Of a stretch of 64,000 nucleotides of DNA, positions 48,367 through 64,000 are shown piece by piece; positions within the stretch are counted from its first letter, which is position 1; the number at the start of each line of letters is the position of its first letter. Below the pieces are notes generated by a model. That model was not told the DNA's origin and ran no database searches. It worked only from the letters and a program-made list of their open reading frames with translations. The position numbers and the translations under genes were made by a program. The DNA is from Lingula anatina (Eukaryota; Animalia; Brachiopoda), in NCBI GenBank assembly GCA_051362555.1, contig CM120642.1, positions 26,288,001 to 26,352,000 on the forward strand, given 5' to 3'.

Positions 48367-50877
48367 ATGGGCAGAAGGAAAACTAAACCAAGATATAAAA
48401 TGAGTGCTAGAGGATTGGTGGATATTGGTGTTCAAATAGACAGATGGAATGTAGTGCGGGAAAAGCTACAAATACAACATGCAGAAGTAGCTAAACTGCT
48501 GTTAGATATGTGAGTATAGATATTTCCTATATTATTTAAAGTCTACAGACTCATTTATTTTATTGGTGTAGTGCCATTGTTATGTTTTTCCCCAGTCTGG
48601 ATATCAGCGATTAGCCAGCATATCTTGGCATCACGCTAAACATTAAACTTCAGTTTTTTTTCTTATACATGTATAAGATTATTACTCAGTATGTCACAAG
48701 TTTGCTTGGACCTATAATATGCTGAAAAGGACATCATTCATACGTCAGATGCTAACCGTATCGCTTCCTGTGTTATGAGTGCTTCCTTTCAGCAACAAGT
48801 TGAGGTTTTGAATATGTCAGAGTTTATACAAAATGTTTTTTCAACATATTCAATGTTACTGTTTAATTTTTAAAAAAAGTATTTTATATATTCTGCTAAG
48901 GGTTATTATTGTATCTTTATTAGGTACTTCAAATCTACTGGTCTGAATTCGGACCCAGATGATTCTTCAGATGAAGAACATGGTGACAGCAGTGGGCAGT
49001 GTCAGTTAAGACAGGACAATTCTCAGGACCAAAAAGTTAGTGTTCTAGTATCACTCAGAACAGATAATGATATTCCGGATCAAATATTGAATTTCAAAAT
49101 AGATTCAGATTCTGATGGCATGTGTACACGTCAAAATACGTGTGAAAAAACAGGCACAATAATTGTCAGCCAGAGCAAAGATATTGAAAAAGAACATCAT
49201 GATCTTGAGGTTCATCAGGATGAGATAAGTAAGGAAGGAAACAATGTCCCAGAAATAGGTAATGGTCTTAATGAACAAAGTGATGGAAATCTCGAAGCAG
49301 ATGATGAAGTGTTCAAGTCAGGTGGTGGAGAAAGTGGTGATCTTTATGAACCAAGTGATGAAGATCTTAAAACTGATGATGATGATGAGTTAAACTCTGG
49401 TAGTGAGGGAAGTGAAGGATATGCACAAAACAAAAGAAAAAGTAAAAAATGTGACAAGTTTATCTTAAAAGGCTCTTATGAACCTGGAGATGAAGGATAT
49501 GCACAAGACAAAAGAAAATGTCAAAAATGTGGCAAGTTTATCCCAAAAGGCTCTAATGTACCTGGAGATGAAGGATGTGCACAAGACGAAAGAAAATGTA
49601 AAAAATGTCGCAAATGTATCTCAAAAGATGAAAGAAAATGTCAAAAATGCGGCAAGTTTATCCCAAAAGTATCATATAAGAAGCATCAAGAAGTGCAGAA
49701 AAAAGAAAAGAAAATGGAATGCGTATGCTGCAAAGAAATTGAAAAAGAACGTCAGAATCTTGAGGCTCTTCAGGATGAGATATGTGAGGAAGTGAATGAT
49801 GTCCCAGAAAAAAATAATGGTTTTAAAGAACAAAATGATGGAAATCTTGAAGAAGATGATGAAGAATTCAAGTCCAAAGGCGAGGAAAGTGATGATCTTT
49901 ATGAACCAAGTGATGATGATCTTGAAACAGATGATGATAGTTGTGAGGGAAGTGATGATGCTTATGAACCGGGAGATGAAGGATATGTACAAAACAAAAG
50001 AAAATGCCAAAAATGTCACAAGTTTATCCCAAAGGCATCATTTAAGAAGCACCAAGAAGTGCATAATAAGAAACAGAAGATGGAATGCATATACTGTGGT
50101 AGTTGTTTTGAAAGCGTGGAGGAATTCAACGCTCATGTGCATGAAACAAAACCTGTCCATGAATGTCAGTTCTGTGGAAATTTCTTTGAACTCTACAGGA
50201 AATTCAATAAACATGTCAAAGCATGCCAAAAAACAAGAGAAAATGGGACAATAAGGAAGTCATTTGTTTGCCAGTTTTGTGGCAAAACTTATCCTTCTGC
50301 AAGATACCTCAAGAAACACGAGAAATGTCACATAGCTGGATCATTTTTTTGTCAGTACTGCCTAAAAGAATTCGAGTCTGAACGTGCTGCTAAAGCTCAT
50401 GAAAAAACACATGCAGAGGCAAATATATACATTTGCAAACACTGCGGAAAAGTTTGTGCCAATAAAATAAGTTGTAGAGCACATGAGAAGATACACTCTG
50501 CAGAGGCAGCCAAGGAATCACAATACGATGAAAGTTTTTTATGCCAAATTTGTGGCAAGAGCTATAGCTATAAGTCTAGTTTGCAGTTACATATTAGATA
50601 TCACACTGGTGAAAGGCCTTACAAATGCCAGATTTGCTTCAAGTCCTATGTTAGTCATTATCATCTCAAACGACATATGTTAATTCACCAAGGCAAGAAA
50701 CTAATCAAATGCAATTTCTGTGAGAAGTCTTTTCCACGAAAAGATGCCCATGTTAGTCATATGAGAGTGCACACAGGGGAGAAACCTTACAAATGTAGCT
50801 ACTGCCCTGAAGCCTTTTCTCACAATGTCAGTCGTAAGGCACACGAAAAAGTTCACAGTGACAGAAAATGTCTGTAG
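48367..50877 (+). CDS. C2H2 zinc-finger gene 5 (single N-terminal domain; internally duplicated acidic/CxxC region); exons 48367-48509, 48924-50877 (698 aa)
   Basis: MGRRKTKPRYKMSARGLVDIGVQIDRWNVVREKLQIQHAEVAKLLLDM|YFKSTG... with a phase-2 GT-AG intron and a 2097-nt frame. There is an in-frame TAA four codons upstream of the ATG. Confidence 0.88.
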
Positions 50878-52144
50878 CTTAACTCTCTTTTATAATTAAA
50901 TTGGCAGTATGATAATTTGCTTTGTATATTTTTATGAAATGAACAAATAAAAGAGTTGCAAGATTGCTTTTCAACCCGGTTTTTCACCCCTACAAATGGT
51001 TCTTATCTTTGGGAGTTAGAAAGAAAGCATACATTCCCTATGTGGTTTCTTGATCAAGGAATGAGTTAGTAATTTAAAACCTCATTTGAATAAGTCATGA
51101 AGTTCATTCATTAAAGTCCATGAAAAAAATGTCCTCTTGTCACAATATCTAGTGATTTTTTTAGCCGTTATGGTGACTCCAACTATTACCTCTCTTCTGG
51201 CTTGTATTGTCAACTCTTATTTTGGAGATGGGACCTTTCAAAACTTTTTCCAAGTCTGCCATCATTAAACCAATTCTAAAGAAGGGGAAAACTAAAGGCC
51301 TGTGCCAAATTTGTCCAACCTTTGAAAGTTGTTGAGCATGGCATTTGTTAGATTATTTGATCATCTTCAGTCTGATGATCTTGAGAAAATGCAATCAACA
51401 TATAAACCCCATCAAAACAGTCTGCACATTTGAGAAGGGAAAAAAAGTTGCTTGAAAGGGTTTATAAACCTTCACCAATACCATAGGTTCTAACATATAA
51501 CCGTTCTATTGAAAGAGTTACACAGGCTGCCCATTGGGCTCATATTCTTTTTAAACTTCTGACTTATGCATGTTCGTGTTTTTTATTTCCATCTGGAAAT
51601 GTATTATAATGATACATTTACATGACAACAACAAAGGACACAATGTCATAAAAACAACACAGGGTTAACTCTTGATCTTTATTTTGAAAACAAAATTCAA
51701 AATAATATGGACGGCATAATAAAGTGAACAAAAAGAAAAAAATACATATATCACAGTTACATTTACACTGTAAAATAATCCTAATAAATTTATACAAATT
51801 GGACGGCTCTCTATTCTTGGACCATATTTACATGTACATAAAAAGTCTTTGATTCATGCTTGCAATATGCCTATGCAGAATGTGACAGTTAACGTTCTAT
51901 TAAATGAAATAAAACCTAGATTTCTCCACTTTGAATTTCACGTTTCACTAAGTCCTTGTCAATATGTGCAACATCTTGTTTTTAACCAGGATGCAGTCAA
52001 ATAATAATTTTGGGAATGCAAAAAGTAGTTCTTCAAACATGGTACATTTTACAAAATAAAGTGTTTGTCACATATTAACTTCTTGAAAATGATTCTGTAA
52101 AAGAAAAAAGAAATGCAAAACTGATTGCATTTTATCTCAAGCAA

Positions 52145-52184
<40 letters not shown>

Positions 52185-52208
52185 TATTGACACAAATCGA
52201 GCCCCATT

Positions 52209-63833
<11,625 letters not shown>

Positions 63834-64000
63834 CTGTAGAGATAGAAATACAAAGAAAAGAATATAATGGGTATATATTTAACAATTTCCTCTACTTAAA
63901 TGGCATGAGTGTAGCAGCTTATCATTGAACTTGGGAAACTGTGCAGTGCCAATAGAAAAGAAAGTGAACAAAACGTAATTATGTTCTTAATTGGCCACTA

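Overview
AT-rich, intron-containing animal DNA; the repeat landscape suggests a marine invertebrate, probably a mollusc (inference). From left to right: (1) the last two coding exons of an IFI44/IFI44L-like gene (+); (2) a complete 8-exon gene (+, 2341-7694, 418 aa) encoding a stand-alone SRA/YDG methyl-DNA-reader domain with an N-terminal CDCA7/WDR76-like helix and an acidic tail; (3) a tandem cluster of five paralogous C2H2 zinc-finger genes (+, 12.4-50.9 kb); (4) the 3' part of a CCDC180-like gene (-, 52.2-63.8 kb). Each zinc-finger gene has a KRAB-ZFP-like layout. A small exon encodes an unrecognised ~45-aa domain (GLVDIGIQIDRWNVVREKLQIMxHPEVAKLLLDTY), and one large exon encodes an acidic linker plus 10 fingers. 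In four of the five genes the small exon and the first ~100 nt of the large exon are triplicated. The truncated copies carry a GTAAGT donor that would splice the cassettes together in frame. Differences between paralogs concentrate in the recognition helices of fingers 4-8, especially 7 and 8. The cluster is heavily invaded by non-autonomous DNA transposons (ISL2EU, Mutator-like, Helentron/HINE, hAT, MITEs), several at near-identical paralogous sites; a Kolobok-like element sits in an SRA-gene intron. All gene models were read by eye from GT-AG signals and reading-frame continuity; there is no transcript evidence.
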